Program-made: the position numbers and the translations under genes | In this document: piece by piece, positions 31,064-39,344 of the stretch | How positions within the stretch are numbered: the stretch's first letter is position 1 | How the letters are laid out: every line of letters begins with the position of its first letter | Assembly (NCBI GenBank): GCA_045115935.1 | Contig: JBGULF010000035.1 | Coordinates: 9,162 to 73,161 of the forward strand | DNA from: Anaerovoracaceae bacterium | Lineage (GTDB): Bacteria > Bacillota > Clostridia > Peptostreptococcales > Anaerovoracaceae | Direction: 5' to 3' | Length of the DNA stretch: 64,000 nucleotides | Notes under the pieces: generated by a model | Told to the model about the DNA's origin: nothing | What the model saw: the letters and a program-made list of their open reading frames with translations, nothing else | The model's database searches: none

Positions 31064-31936
31064 CTATACCCCTATATATCCGGTAAAAACGTCTTCAGCC
31101 GGGCCGGTCATGAAACATTTACCTGTCGCCCGATCGTATCTGATCAGAAGATCTCCGCCCGCGAGATGTACAAGCACTTCATCATCGATTTTGTCCGCCA
31201 TGATTCCCGCAAATACCGAGGCAGCAGCGCCTGTACCGCATGCCAGAGTCTCTCCTGAACCTCTTTCCCATACGCGAAAGAATATTTCTCCTCGGCTGCT
31301 GATGCTTATGAATTCGGAGTTTACTCCATCAGGAAATCTTTCCCGGGCAAGTATGTCTCCAATCTTCTTTATGTCGATAAATTGCAAAAGTGATCTCTCA
31401 TATGAGGCGGCAATCAGGTCGTTGCTATCGCAGAAGGTATCTCCAAGCTGAGGATTATCCTCCAAAAAGAAAACTGCATGAGGATTACCTATGTCGACTG
31501 CTGTGAAAATAAGTTCTGCGCCGCATAAATTCAAGGACTCAGGGCCTACGCTTACCAGCTTCGGCTTTCCCATGTCGACAGTAACAGAAGTGACGCATCC
31601 ATCCTCAACATCAAAGCTGACCTCTCTCAAACCGGCTTTCGTGTCAATGACCGCATGTCTTCTGTCTTCAGGAATGATGCCGTTATCATATATGTACTTG
31701 GCGACACATCTGATACCATTGCCGCACATGCTTCCTTCCGATCCATCCAGATTGAACATATGCATATATGCATCAGCGCGAGCTGACGGCTCGATGAGTA
31801 TAAGCCCATCTCCGCCTATTCCATAGTGCCTGTCTGACAGTCTGACAGCGAGTGAAGACGGATCATCTACCTGTTCTTCAAAACAGTTGATGTAAATGTA
31901 GTCATTTCCGCAACCCTGCATTTTGGTAAATCTCAT
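31064..31936 (-). CDS. dapF: Diaminopimelate epimerase
   Basis: Start trimmed to ATG 31936 (MRFTKMQGCGNDYIYI). Paired catalytic-Cys motifs SMCGNG and ACGTGA. Confidence 0.92.
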   Translation of the reverse strand: MRFTKMQGCGNDYIYINCFEEQVDDPSSLAVRLSDRHYGIGGDGLILIEPSARADAYMHMFNLDGSEGSMCGNGIRCVAKYIYDNGIIPEDRRHAVIDTKAGLREVSFDVEDGCVTSVTVDMGKPKLVSVGPESLNLCGAELIFTAVDIGNPHAVFFLEDNPQLGDTFCDSNDLIAASYERSLLQFIDIKKIGDILARERFPDGVNSEFISISSRGEIFFRVWERGSGETLACGTGAAASVFAGIMADKIDDEVLVHLAGGDLLIRYDRATGKCFMTGPAEDVFTGYIGV

Positions 31937-31967
31937 GTCAGTTCCCCGTTTTGATCTGTGATCCACC

Positions 31968-33050
31968 TTAGATCTTTACGATCCAGTCTCCCATAATGTC
32001 AGGAAGTTTACCGATCTGCATACCGTAAAGCGTATCATAAAGCTTCTGGCTTACATCTCCGACTACTTCGTTGTTGATTACGTGGTCAACGCCCTTGTAG
32101 TTCAGAACTCCAATAGGCGAAATAACACAAGCTGTTCCTGTTGCCCATGCTTCCTTGAGGGTTCCGTTCTGAATCGCCTCGAAAATCTCATCGAGCTCGA
32201 TACGGCGTTCCTCCACTTCATATCCCCACTTACGGAGCAGCTTTATTACACTGTCTCTAGTGACACCCGGGAGGATAGAACCTGTAAGCATAGGAGTAAC
32301 GATCTTATCTCCAATCTTGAAGAAAGCGTTTGAAGTTCCTACCTCTTCAACATAGCGACGCTCTTTCGCGTCCAGCCAGAGGACTTCCTCACAGCCGAAC
32401 TCATGAGCCTTATAGGAGGCGATCATGCCGCATGCGTAGTTGCCTGCGCACTTCGCGAAACCGGTACCTCCGATAGCAGCTCTGATATACTCCTCTTCCA
32501 CTAGGATACGGCTGCCGTGCAATTTGCTCTCATTGCCCTCATAGTAAGCGCCAACAGCACAAAGGATGATGATGAACCAGTACTTCTTGGCAGGCAGTAC
32601 CGAGAAGCTGACCTCCGGCGAGATGATAAATGGACGTATATAAAGTGATGTTCCCGGATCGGTCGGTGTCCAGTCCTCATCGACTTTGACGATAGCCTTA
32701 ACTGCAGCGAGGAAGAGATCCTAATCCATTGGAGGGATGCACATTCTCTCGTTGGTGCGGTTAAGACGCTTTGCGTTCATATCCGGGCGGAACAGATTGA
32801 GCCCGCCTTCTGGATTTCGGTAAGCCTTGAGACCCTCAAACATCATCTGTCCGTAATGCAGAGTTGTCGAACCCGGATCCATGCAGATCGGTCCGTATGG
32901 GATGATGCGTCCGTCGTGCCAGCCCTTTCCTTCGTCATAGTCCATGATAAGCATATGATCGGTAAAGTATTTTCCGAATCCAAGCGACTTGCAGTCAGTC
33001 GGCTTTGGTTTTGGATTAGTGTTTCTTGTTACCGGAAATGTGTATTCCAT
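31968..33050 (-). pseudogene. ilvE: Branched-chain amino acid aminotransferase interrupted by one in-frame TAG (codon 110)
   Basis: Track ORFs 32721..33050 and 31968..32522 share one frame. The 198 nt between them translate without a stop as DLFLAAVKAIVKVDEDWTPTDPGTSLYIRPFIISPEVSFSVLPAKKYWFIIILCAVGAYYEGNESK. The only defect is TAG at 32723-32721. The GGTGFAKCAGNYA PLP-Lys motif is intact. Confidence 0.85.
32721..32723 (-). other. In-frame amber codon inside ilvE
   Basis: ...ATG TGC ATC CCT CCA ATG GAT TAG GAT CTC TTC CTC GCT GCA..., one substitution away from GAG, CAG or AAG. Confidence 0.9.
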
Positions 33051-33221
33051 GTCATGCTCCCTTTTGAATTGTCTTTTAAATTTCGTTCTTTTGTAAAACA
33101 GTTATAATTAGAATAACTCCATTGCAATGCTATTCATAATACATATTATGTTGGTATTACGATATGATTTGTGTATGATCCACGCAAATCCGCCGTTTGC
33201 TCCGTTCCTCTTGATTACTGG

Positions 33222-33284
33222 CAAGTGTAAACAAAAAAAGGATTCCGCTCAATCATGCGAAATCCTTACCACAAACCCATGCAT
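33222..33284 (-). repeat. Copy A of a ~60-bp terminator-containing repeat
   Basis: Plus strand: caagtgtaaacaaaaaaaggattccgctcaatcatgcgaaatccttaccacaaacccatgcat. Aligns over its full length with 35828..35885. Confidence 0.8.
33229..33267 (-). terminator. Rho-independent terminator downstream of the HD-RyR gene
   Basis: Minus strand: AAGGAUUUCGC-AUGAUUGA-GCGGAAUCCUU followed by UUUUUGUUU. Confidence 0.75.
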
Positions 33285-33415
33285 CGTTCCCGAGTCATTC
33301 CAACGTTTGAGTGCATCGTTCCGACTTTTTTCCGTTTTTTGAAAATCGCTAAAGCGCTTGATTTCACTGTGTTTCAGCGTTTTATCAGACCAATCGGGCG
33401 CACCATTCCCATTTT

Positions 33416-35545
33416 TCACTTGTCGCTGTTTATCCTGTAGATCCGCAGGCCGTCATACTTCTTTATCAGCTTGAGCATGCTCATCATAGGTTTCCAGTCC
33501 TTGCCCTGCTCATCAGGCGGCAGCTGATCATAATGCGCTTTGATCTCTTCTGCTGAAGGATCCCCGTCCATGGTCAGCTTGTGCCTTCTGGTCTGTTCCC
33601 TGAGCGCTGCGCGGACCTGTGATTCTGAAAAGTCTTTTGCGAGTCCGAATTTTTCAGGATGTGTGACATCGAGATCCTTGTCTTCATACTCAATCCCGTA
33701 GCTCCAGCTCATGGATATATGCTCCCTCACCCATCTGTCGTGCTCCATCGGCGCTATCAGGTCGAGTTCTTCCTGGGTGAACGAGGTGAGCATGTCGAAA
33801 TCGACAGGCTTGTCCGTATAGAAGCAGCCTATCTTGTTCAGATACAGATCGAAGTTCCTGGCCTGACGTATATTGGACAGTTTGTACTCGAGCGACATCA
33901 CATCGAATTCCGTCTCCAGCTGCTCTGTCTTGACCGTCTCCTCTTCGCCCTGATGTCTGTATCTTCCGTTGAGGGATACTGCAAAATCATACAGGTGCAG
34001 GAAGTTGCTGTCAGAGAGATATATGTGCTTGCTCTTTCTGTTGGCCCGCCTTACATCCGGGACGGCATTCAGAGGCATTATCGATGTATCGACTATGTGC
34101 CTTATTTCGGTGAGGAATATCTTCTCCTTTTCATTCATGTCGCTGTAGGCCTTGAGTCTTGGGGCTTTGCCTGCCTTTTTCTTTCCGGCTTTCTTTTTCA
34201 GTCTGACCCAGGCATCATATTTTTCTCTGAAGTCATCGATCTTAGGTGATTCTTCGGCGTCATAGTAGTAGACCGCGTTTATCTTTCCATCACTGAAGTC
34301 GAAGTCCGCGGCCATCGGATGCAGCTCGGTCCTCGAATTGCGCCCGTAAGCCGTTCTGTCCCAGCACTGCAGTTCATCGCAGATCATGAGCATGTAAGCC
34401 AGCGGATGGAGCCTTGCCTTGAGAGCCGGTTTTCTGTCCGGATCCTTATAGAAGGCGATCGCGAACTTGAACAGACTGTTATGCAGCATTATCGCGGACA
34501 GAACATCGATGTGAGCACTTGTTATGCTGTCGATCCCGCGCTGGCTGCCGATGGTTTCGAGCAGTTCCCTGCAGAGTCTGGCTGAGCTGAAATAAGCGTG
34601 ATCCATGAAGTAGCCGTTTTCATTCGGCTCTACCGGCTTGCTCCTGAGCTTGCCTAGCATATACTGTTCATGAAAACCGTATGCATCTCCGAGCTTTTTT
34701 GTAATATCGTAAGCCAGAAGCTCATCGGTGCTTCTAAAGTCCTTATGATATATATCTTTGAACCTCGCCCTTGCCTTTTCATTGAGATTCGTCAGCGAGT
34801 AGATATCATGAAATGCCAGGTATATCGTCCCCTTGCCTCTTTCCTTCTTGTCCACTTCGAAATATGACATGACCTGTTCGAATGGTATCTCGAACGGATA
34901 TCCTATGTCGTGGAAGAGCGATGTGAGTCCCCAGTACTCCAGGAAGAAGTTCGCGGTCTTAGCCGACTTTCTCTCCTCTGATTCCCCGCGTTTAAACCCG
35001 ATCAGGTCCTTGTAGAAGCGGCGGAATACCCTGCGGTATTTCTCATTGTTTTCGTAGATCGCGAGACCCAGAGCAAAGACATATACCGAATGGGAGTAAT
35101 GATCCCTGTGCTTCATCAGGAGCGAGCTCGCGTTTGACTCAAATTCCGAAAGGAGTTCAATCATGTTCTGCGAAGCTCCGTATCTGCCTATGAACATCTC
35201 TAGGAAACAGTAATACACGGTGTATGCATCTTCGGCAGTGCCCGAGTCGATGAAATTGCCCAGTTCTCTCTCGAGGCACAGGCGGTCAATATCCATCTGC
35301 ATATTGTACGGGATCTGTCCGGAAGAGGTGCTTCTGCCGGTGCACTGAGCACCAAAGAACTCCGCTTCAGCCTTCTCGTCAAATCTCAGCCCCTCACATC
35401 TTTCGTGAAGGAACCTGAGCGCAGAAGATTTGAGGTCATTGCGGTGTCCGACGGTGTAATACAGAGGCGGCTCCTTCGGTCCGAGATCCTTGCCGAATCG
35501 CTCTTTATTAACTTCCCTCATTGTCTTAAATGCTGTATACGCCAT
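33416..35545 (-). CDS. HD-domain phosphohydrolase fused to a C-terminal RyR domain (709 aa)
   Basis: ATG 35545 with an AGGGGGAA RBS. HD motifs: HRDHYSHSVYV ... LFHDIGYPFE ... MLHNSL ... ICDELQ. The C-terminus APMEHDRWVREHISMSWSYG ... LPPDEQGKDWKPMMSMLKLIKKYDGLRIYRI matches the RyR-domain pattern (H..W......GW.YG ... eK..D...v..ip..L...G..i.r). Confidence 0.7.
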   Translation of the reverse strand: MAYTAFKTMREVNKERFGKDLGPKEPPLYYTVGHRNDLKSSALRFLHERCEGLRFDEKAEAEFFGAQCTGRSTSSGQIPYNMQMDIDRLCLERELGNFIDSGTAEDAYTVYYCFLEMFIGRYGASQNMIELLSEFESNASSLLMKHRDHYSHSVYVFALGLAIYENNEKYRRVFRRFYKDLIGFKRGESEERKSAKTANFFLEYWGLTSLFHDIGYPFEIPFEQVMSYFEVDKKERGKGTIYLAFHDIYSLTNLNEKARARFKDIYHKDFRSTDELLAYDITKKLGDAYGFHEQYMLGKLRSKPVEPNENGYFMDHAYFSSARLCRELLETIGSQRGIDSITSAHIDVLSAIMLHNSLFKFAIAFYKDPDRKPALKARLHPLAYMLMICDELQCWDRTAYGRNSRTELHPMAADFDFSDGKINAVYYYDAEESPKIDDFREKYDAWVRLKKKAGKKKAGKAPRLKAYSDMNEKEKIFLTEIRHIVDTSIMPLNAVPDVRRANRKSKHIYLSDSNFLHLYDFAVSLNGRYRHQGEEETVKTEQLETEFDVMSLEYKLSNIRQARNFDLYLNKIGCFYTDKPVDFDMLTSFTQEELDLIAPMEHDRWVREHISMSWSYGIEYEDKDLDVTHPEKFGLAKDFSESQVRAALREQTRRHKLTMDGDPSAEEIKAHYDQLPPDEQGKDWKPMMSMLKLIKKYDGLRIYRINSDK

Positions 35546-35558
35546 TTTGTTTCCCCCT

Positions 35559-35705
35559 TTAGTCTTCGAACTTCGAGTCTACATACTCAAATTCGTCCAT
35601 GTACGGGTAATCCCGCCAGAAATCATCCATCCTTTTCTTATCTGCTCGCACGGACCATTTCCCCCGCGTCTGCCACGTTTCCGAGAGCGTATATATTGCC
35701 CGCAT
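35559..35705 (-). CDS. Hypothetical 48-aa protein immediately upstream of the HD-RyR gene
   Basis: GGAAG-6nt-ATG(35705) ... TAA(35559): MRAIYTLSETWQTRGKWSVRADKKRMDDFWRDYPYMDEFEYVDSKFED. The stop lies 13 nt before the HD-RyR ATG. Below the track length cutoff; no homology recognisable. Confidence 0.3.
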   Translation of the reverse strand: MRAIYTLSETWQTRGKWSVRADKKRMDDFWRDYPYMDEFEYVDSKFED

Positions 35706-35827
35706 CTGCGACTTCCGTGCAGCCTCCGGTTTGTCGCTGTATACTATTGCATCATAAATATATCATATATATCACATTCGACATAGAATGGACGCGCAGG
35801 GAACAATTCTGTTTTGCTGATCATCAT

Positions 35828-35885
35828 CAAGTGTAAAAAAGGACTTCGCGCAATCATGCGAAGTCCTTACCACAATTCAATGCAT
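35828..35885 (-). repeat. Copy B of the ~60-bp terminator-containing repeat
   Basis: Plus strand: caagtgtaaaaaaggacttcgcgcaatcatgcgaagtccttaccacaattcaatgcat. Confidence 0.8.
35834..35868 (-). terminator. Rho-independent terminator after the DDAH-like gene
   Basis: Minus strand: AAGGACUUCGC-AUGAUUGC-GCGAAGUCCUU followed by UUUUACAC, 30 nt after the stop at 35900. Confidence 0.75.
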
Positions 35886-35899
35886 TTTACCTGTTCAGA

Positions 35900-36670
35900 T
35901 CAGAATCTGAGCGACAGACAGCTGAGTCCGCCATCGATTTTCCTGAATTCGGAAGTATCCACCAGGATCACAGGATAGCCCGCCTCCTCTACTGCCTTCT
36001 GTACCGCATCATAGCCCAGCGGCACTATGACGGTACCGTTCATCCATATGCAGTTGGCTCCGTACGCTTCCTCCTCCGGAACGATTATCTTCTCGTATGA
36101 AGCGAAGTCCGGCTTGTCTATGAACTCTCCCGATACGAGCATCTTGTTGTTCTCGATATAGTTGACGCCGGTCTTAAGATGCAGGACCTCAGTCAGCGGG
36201 ACTTCCTTTACCGCATAGCCATATTTGCCGAAAAATTCAGCGAACTGTTTTATGCCCTCTTCATTGGTTCTTGCGGATACACCTATATAAAAGGTATCTC
36301 CGACCTTCATGACATCTCCGCCCTCGAGCGTGCCCGGAGCCTTGATATATCCGATCTGATCATCCGAATAAAACTGTTTGACCGCATCCACAATGTATTC
36401 GGTCTCGCCGTTTCTTGTTCCTGCACCCGGATTTGTAATAATAGCGCACTTTTCCGCTACAACAGCCACGTCCTCGACAAAGCACGAATCAGGATATTCC
36501 TCAAGTGCAGGCAGCACCAGCACATCCACACCTGTCTCTTTCAGCGCCTCAATGTATTTTGCATGCTGCTCGAGAGCTTTCTCGTATATCGGCTGGCCAA
36601 GTTCGGGAGCTGAAGTGATCCCGTCACAGATTTTTGAACACGGCGTCCGTACAATCGTATGCTTAAACAT
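35900..36670 (-). CDS. Dimethylarginine dimethylaminohydrolase (DDAH)/amidinotransferase-superfamily protein
   Basis: 256 aa. FVEDVAVV, LHLKTG and C-terminal GGLSCLSLRF (catalytic Cys) are typical of DDAH-type guanidino-modifying enzymes. Confidence 0.75.
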   Translation of the reverse strand: MFKHTIVRTPCSKICDGITSAPELGQPIYEKALEQHAKYIEALKETGVDVLVLPALEEYPDSCFVEDVAVVAEKCAIITNPGAGTRNGETEYIVDAVKQFYSDDQIGYIKAPGTLEGGDVMKVGDTFYIGVSARTNEEGIKQFAEFFGKYGYAVKEVPLTEVLHLKTGVNYIENNKMLVSGEFIDKPDFASYEKIIVPEEEAYGANCIWMNGTVIVPLGYDAVQKAVEEAGYPVILVDTSEFRKIDGGLSCLSLRF

Positions 36671-36691
36671 TTTGATATTGATCTCCTTTTT

Positions 36692-37414
36692 CTATAATAC
36701 TTTGGACAGGAAGTCCTGAAGTCTCGGGTTCTGCGGGTTCTCAAAGAATTCCCGCGGCTCATTCTCCTCCGCTATGACGCCTTCGTCCATGAACAGCACG
36801 CGGGTCCCTACTTCTTTTGCAAAGCCCATTTCATGCGTTACTATCGCCATTGTCATTCCGTCATTTGCCAGTTCTCTTATCAGTTCGAGCACCTCGCCGA
36901 CCATCTCAGGGTCGAGAGCGGAAGTAGGTTCATCGAACAGCATCACGTCCGGACCCATTGCAAGTGCACGCACTATCGCTACACGCTGCTTCTGTCCTCC
37001 GGAAAGCGTCGAAGGATATACATTGGCTTTATCCGCAAGGCCTATCCTCGTCAGCAGTTCCATCGCCCTGTCTTTTGCTTCCGCTTCGCTCATCATCTTA
37101 TGGTAAAGCGGAGCGAGAGTCATATTCTCGAGTATCGTTTTGTGAGGAAACAGGTTGAACTGCTGGAAAACCATGCCCATCTTGCATCTTACGCTGTCCA
37201 GGTCCGTCCTCTTGTCCGTCAGGTCTGTCCCTTCGAAAATTATCTGCCCGCCCGTAGGCACCTCGAGCATGTTCATGCATCTGAGCAGTGTGCTTTTGCC
37301 TGAGCCCGATGGTCCGATTATTACCACGCGCTCACCCTTGTCTATATGCAGGTCGATTCCCTTCAGCACCTCAAGTTTGCCGAAGTCTTTCTTAAGTCCT
37401 TTAATGTCTATCAC
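36692..37414 (-). CDS. Polar amino acid ABC transporter ATP-binding protein (GlnQ-like)
   Basis: Walker [10 protein letters not shown], signature [15 protein letters not shown]. Start set to GTG 37414 (AAAGGAGG upstream; [12 protein letters not shown]). The ATG at 37462 would add 16 non-homologous residues inside the permease gene. Confidence 0.88.
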   Translation of the reverse strand: MIDIKGLKKDFGKLEVLKGIDLHIDKGERVVIIGPSGSGKSTLLRCMNMLEVPTGGQIIFEGTDLTDKRTDLDSVRCKMGMVFQQFNLFPHKTILENMTLAPLYHKMMSEAEAKDRAMELLTRIGLADKANVYPSTLSGGQKQRVAIVRALAMGPDVMLFDEPTSALDPEMVGEVLELIRELANDGMTMAIVTHEMGFAKEVGTRVLFMDEGVIAEENEPREFFENPQNPRLQDFLSKVL

Positions 37415-38123
37415 TCTGAGCCAGCCTCCTTTCAAGTCTCTTAACAGCCTTGGACAGGCCATAGACCAGTATGAAGTACACTATAGCTACCGATATGAGT
37501 GTAAAGTACGGTGACATCGTCCTGCTTCTGATAAGATCGCCTGCCCTGGTCAGATCGACTACGGCAACCATTCCTACGATGGATGTTTCCTTGAGGACCG
37601 CGATCGCCTCATTGCAAAGCGCCGGCAGGATATTTTTGATTGCCTGAGGGAGTACAATCAGGCGGAGCGTCCCGATCTGGGAGAGACCGAGTGAACGCCC
37701 GGCCTCTGTCTGTCCGTAATCTACCGAACCGATACCGCCTCTGATAACCTCAGATACATATGCTCCGGAGTTGACGCCGAATGCAATACAGCATACGAGC
37801 ACCTTGTTTGGAAATCCGCTCATTATGATGAACGTCATGATCATAAGCTGGATCGCGAGCGGCGTTCCGCGCATGACCGCAACATATGCGGCGCAGATCT
37901 TGTCCAGGATTATAAGGCACTTTGCCCCGATCGTATCCTGATGCTTGTCACGCGCGTTCTCCGCAAGTGAATGTATGAAAGAGACTATGACTCCCAGGAT
38001 GATTCCGATCAGAGCAGCCACTATGGTTATGATCAGCGTATTTTTGAAACCTTCAATAAAGATCTTGTAACGGTTGTCTCTTATGAAGGTTTTGATGAAT
38101 CCCTGTTTAATACTTTCAAACAA
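37401..38123 (-). CDS. Polar amino acid ABC transporter permease (His/Glu/Gln/Arg/opine family)
   Basis: 240 aa. TTG start with AGGAG 7 nt upstream. EAA-type loop [23 protein letters not shown]. Confidence 0.85.
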   Translation of the reverse strand: MFESIKQGFIKTFIRDNRYKIFIEGFKNTLIITIVAALIGIILGVIVSFIHSLAENARDKHQDTIGAKCLIILDKICAAYVAVMRGTPLAIQLMIMTFIIMSGFPNKVLVCCIAFGVNSGAYVSEVIRGGIGSVDYGQTEAGRSLGLSQIGTLRLIVLPQAIKNILPALCNEAIAVLKETSIVGMVAVVDLTRAGDLIRSRTMSPYFTLISVAIVYFILVYGLSKAVKRLERRLAQSDRH

Positions 38124-38161
38124 TTATGGTCTCCTGATTTTCTGTTATTACTATCTCTATA

Positions 38162-39007
38162 TTACAGCTTGGAAGCTTCCTCACTGTGCTTTACGAACCA
38201 CTCGTCGATCTGTCCGTTTGCTACGAGCTCCTGGATGATCTCGTTGATCTTTGCCGTGAACTCATCATCTCCCTGAGCCATTGCAGCGCCGATGTTCTCA
38301 ACGTCAGCTTCTGTTCCGTCTGCATATACAACAGGGAAGCACTTCAGAGCATCTCCGTTTGCCGTTACGAGATTCTCAGCAAGAACCGAATCGCATACGA
38401 TAGCTGACAGTGTTCCGCTCTTGAGCTCCTCTGCAGCATCAGGCAGAGCCTTGTACTGATTGTTCTGTGCGCCGGAGCCTGCAAGAACTCCGCTCTCAAC
38501 TTCGTCGCTGACGAGGAAGTCGCCTGTTGTTCCGAGATGCGTTCCAATCATCTTACCGGCAAGGTCATCCATTGCAGCGATGTCGCTGTCTGCAGTGACT
38601 ACCATATACTGCTGCACTGAAGTGTACGGATCAGTGAAAGCCATCTGCTCCTTACGCTCATCTGTGATAGTGATGCATGCAAGAGCCAGGTCTGCATCGC
38701 CGTTTACCAGTGCGGTCGGGATGGTATCAAATGCAATATTGGATACTTCGAGTTCTACGCCAAGCTGATCGGCAATATACTGAGCGATCTCAATATCTAT
38801 TCCGGTCGGTTGTCCGCCTTCACCGATATACTCAAACGGGGCCCATGCCGCATCTGTGCAGACCACGATCTTGCCTTTATCCTGGATAGCTGCAAGCTTA
38901 CCGCCTTCGCTGCCGCTGCTGCTTCCGCCGCCTCCACACGCTGCAAGAGCCAGCACCATTACGGTGGAAAGTGCGATCATTATCATTTTCTTGATTGTTT
39001 TACTCAT
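38162..39007 (-). CDS. Amino acid ABC transporter substrate-binding lipoprotein
   Basis: 281 aa. Lipobox LALAAC followed by a GGGGSSSGSEGG linker, then a type-3 SBP body. Confidence 0.85.
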   Translation of the reverse strand: MSKTIKKMIMIALSTVMVLALAACGGGGSSSGSEGGKLAAIQDKGKIVVCTDAAWAPFEYIGEGGQPTGIDIEIAQYIADQLGVELEVSNIAFDTIPTALVNGDADLALACITITDERKEQMAFTDPYTSVQQYMVVTADSDIAAMDDLAGKMIGTHLGTTGDFLVSDEVESGVLAGSGAQNNQYKALPDAAEELKSGTLSAIVCDSVLAENLVTANGDALKCFPVVYADGTEADVENIGAAMAQGDDEFTAKINEIIQELVANGQIDEWFVKHSEEASKL

Positions 39008-39092
39008 TTCTCAATACTTCCCTTCTTAGTTAACTTTTGTGATTAATTATACTTAAATTTGTATAATTATACCGTATATTCATAATAGTTGC

Positions 39093-39121
39093 ATTATAAA
39101 TATTCGCGTTCATATTGTCAA
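39093..39121 (-). promoter_or_regulatory. Consensus sigma-A promoter of the amino-acid ABC/DDAH operon
   Basis: Minus strand: TTGACA (39121-39116), 17-nt spacer atatgaacgcgaatatt, TATAAT (39098-39093), about 85 nt upstream of the SBP ATG. Confidence 0.65.
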
Positions 39122-39279
39122 TGTTTTCGATTGTATATATACGGGAACATATAGCACTCGGCCTGAAATCCTTGATATTTCAACACTTATGCGCTATTCG
39201 CATTTTTATTTCGTATCATTATTAAAGTGTATATTTATTCATTTAACGCTGTAACAACGAACAATCAGCATATGCACTG

Positions 39280-39321
39280 CACTATAAAAGCCCAGTCCAG
39301 TATGAGACTGAAATGGGCTTT
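39280..39321 (-). terminator. Terminator after the TlpA-like gene
   Basis: Minus strand: AAAGCCCA...(19-nt partly paired loop)...UGGGCUUU followed by UAUAGU. The U-tract is weak. Confidence 0.45.
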
Positions 39322-39344
39322 GTATAACTTTTTAAACTGTCTGC

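Noticed and set aside
33393-33403. 11-nt match (cgggcgcacca) to the 3' end of tRNA-Arg (20248-20259), a possible attR of an island spanning 20260-33403
   Set aside because: Eleven nt is within chance expectation for a window of this size. The enclosed genes include the core dap cluster, and there is no integrase or other mobility gene.
39060-39125. ARG-box (ArgR/AhrC operator) call at the ABC-operon promoter
   Set aside because: The two TGAATA-containing sites match only about 9-10 of 18 consensus positions. That is not enough to annotate as a feature, so it is mentioned only as a speculation in the findings.
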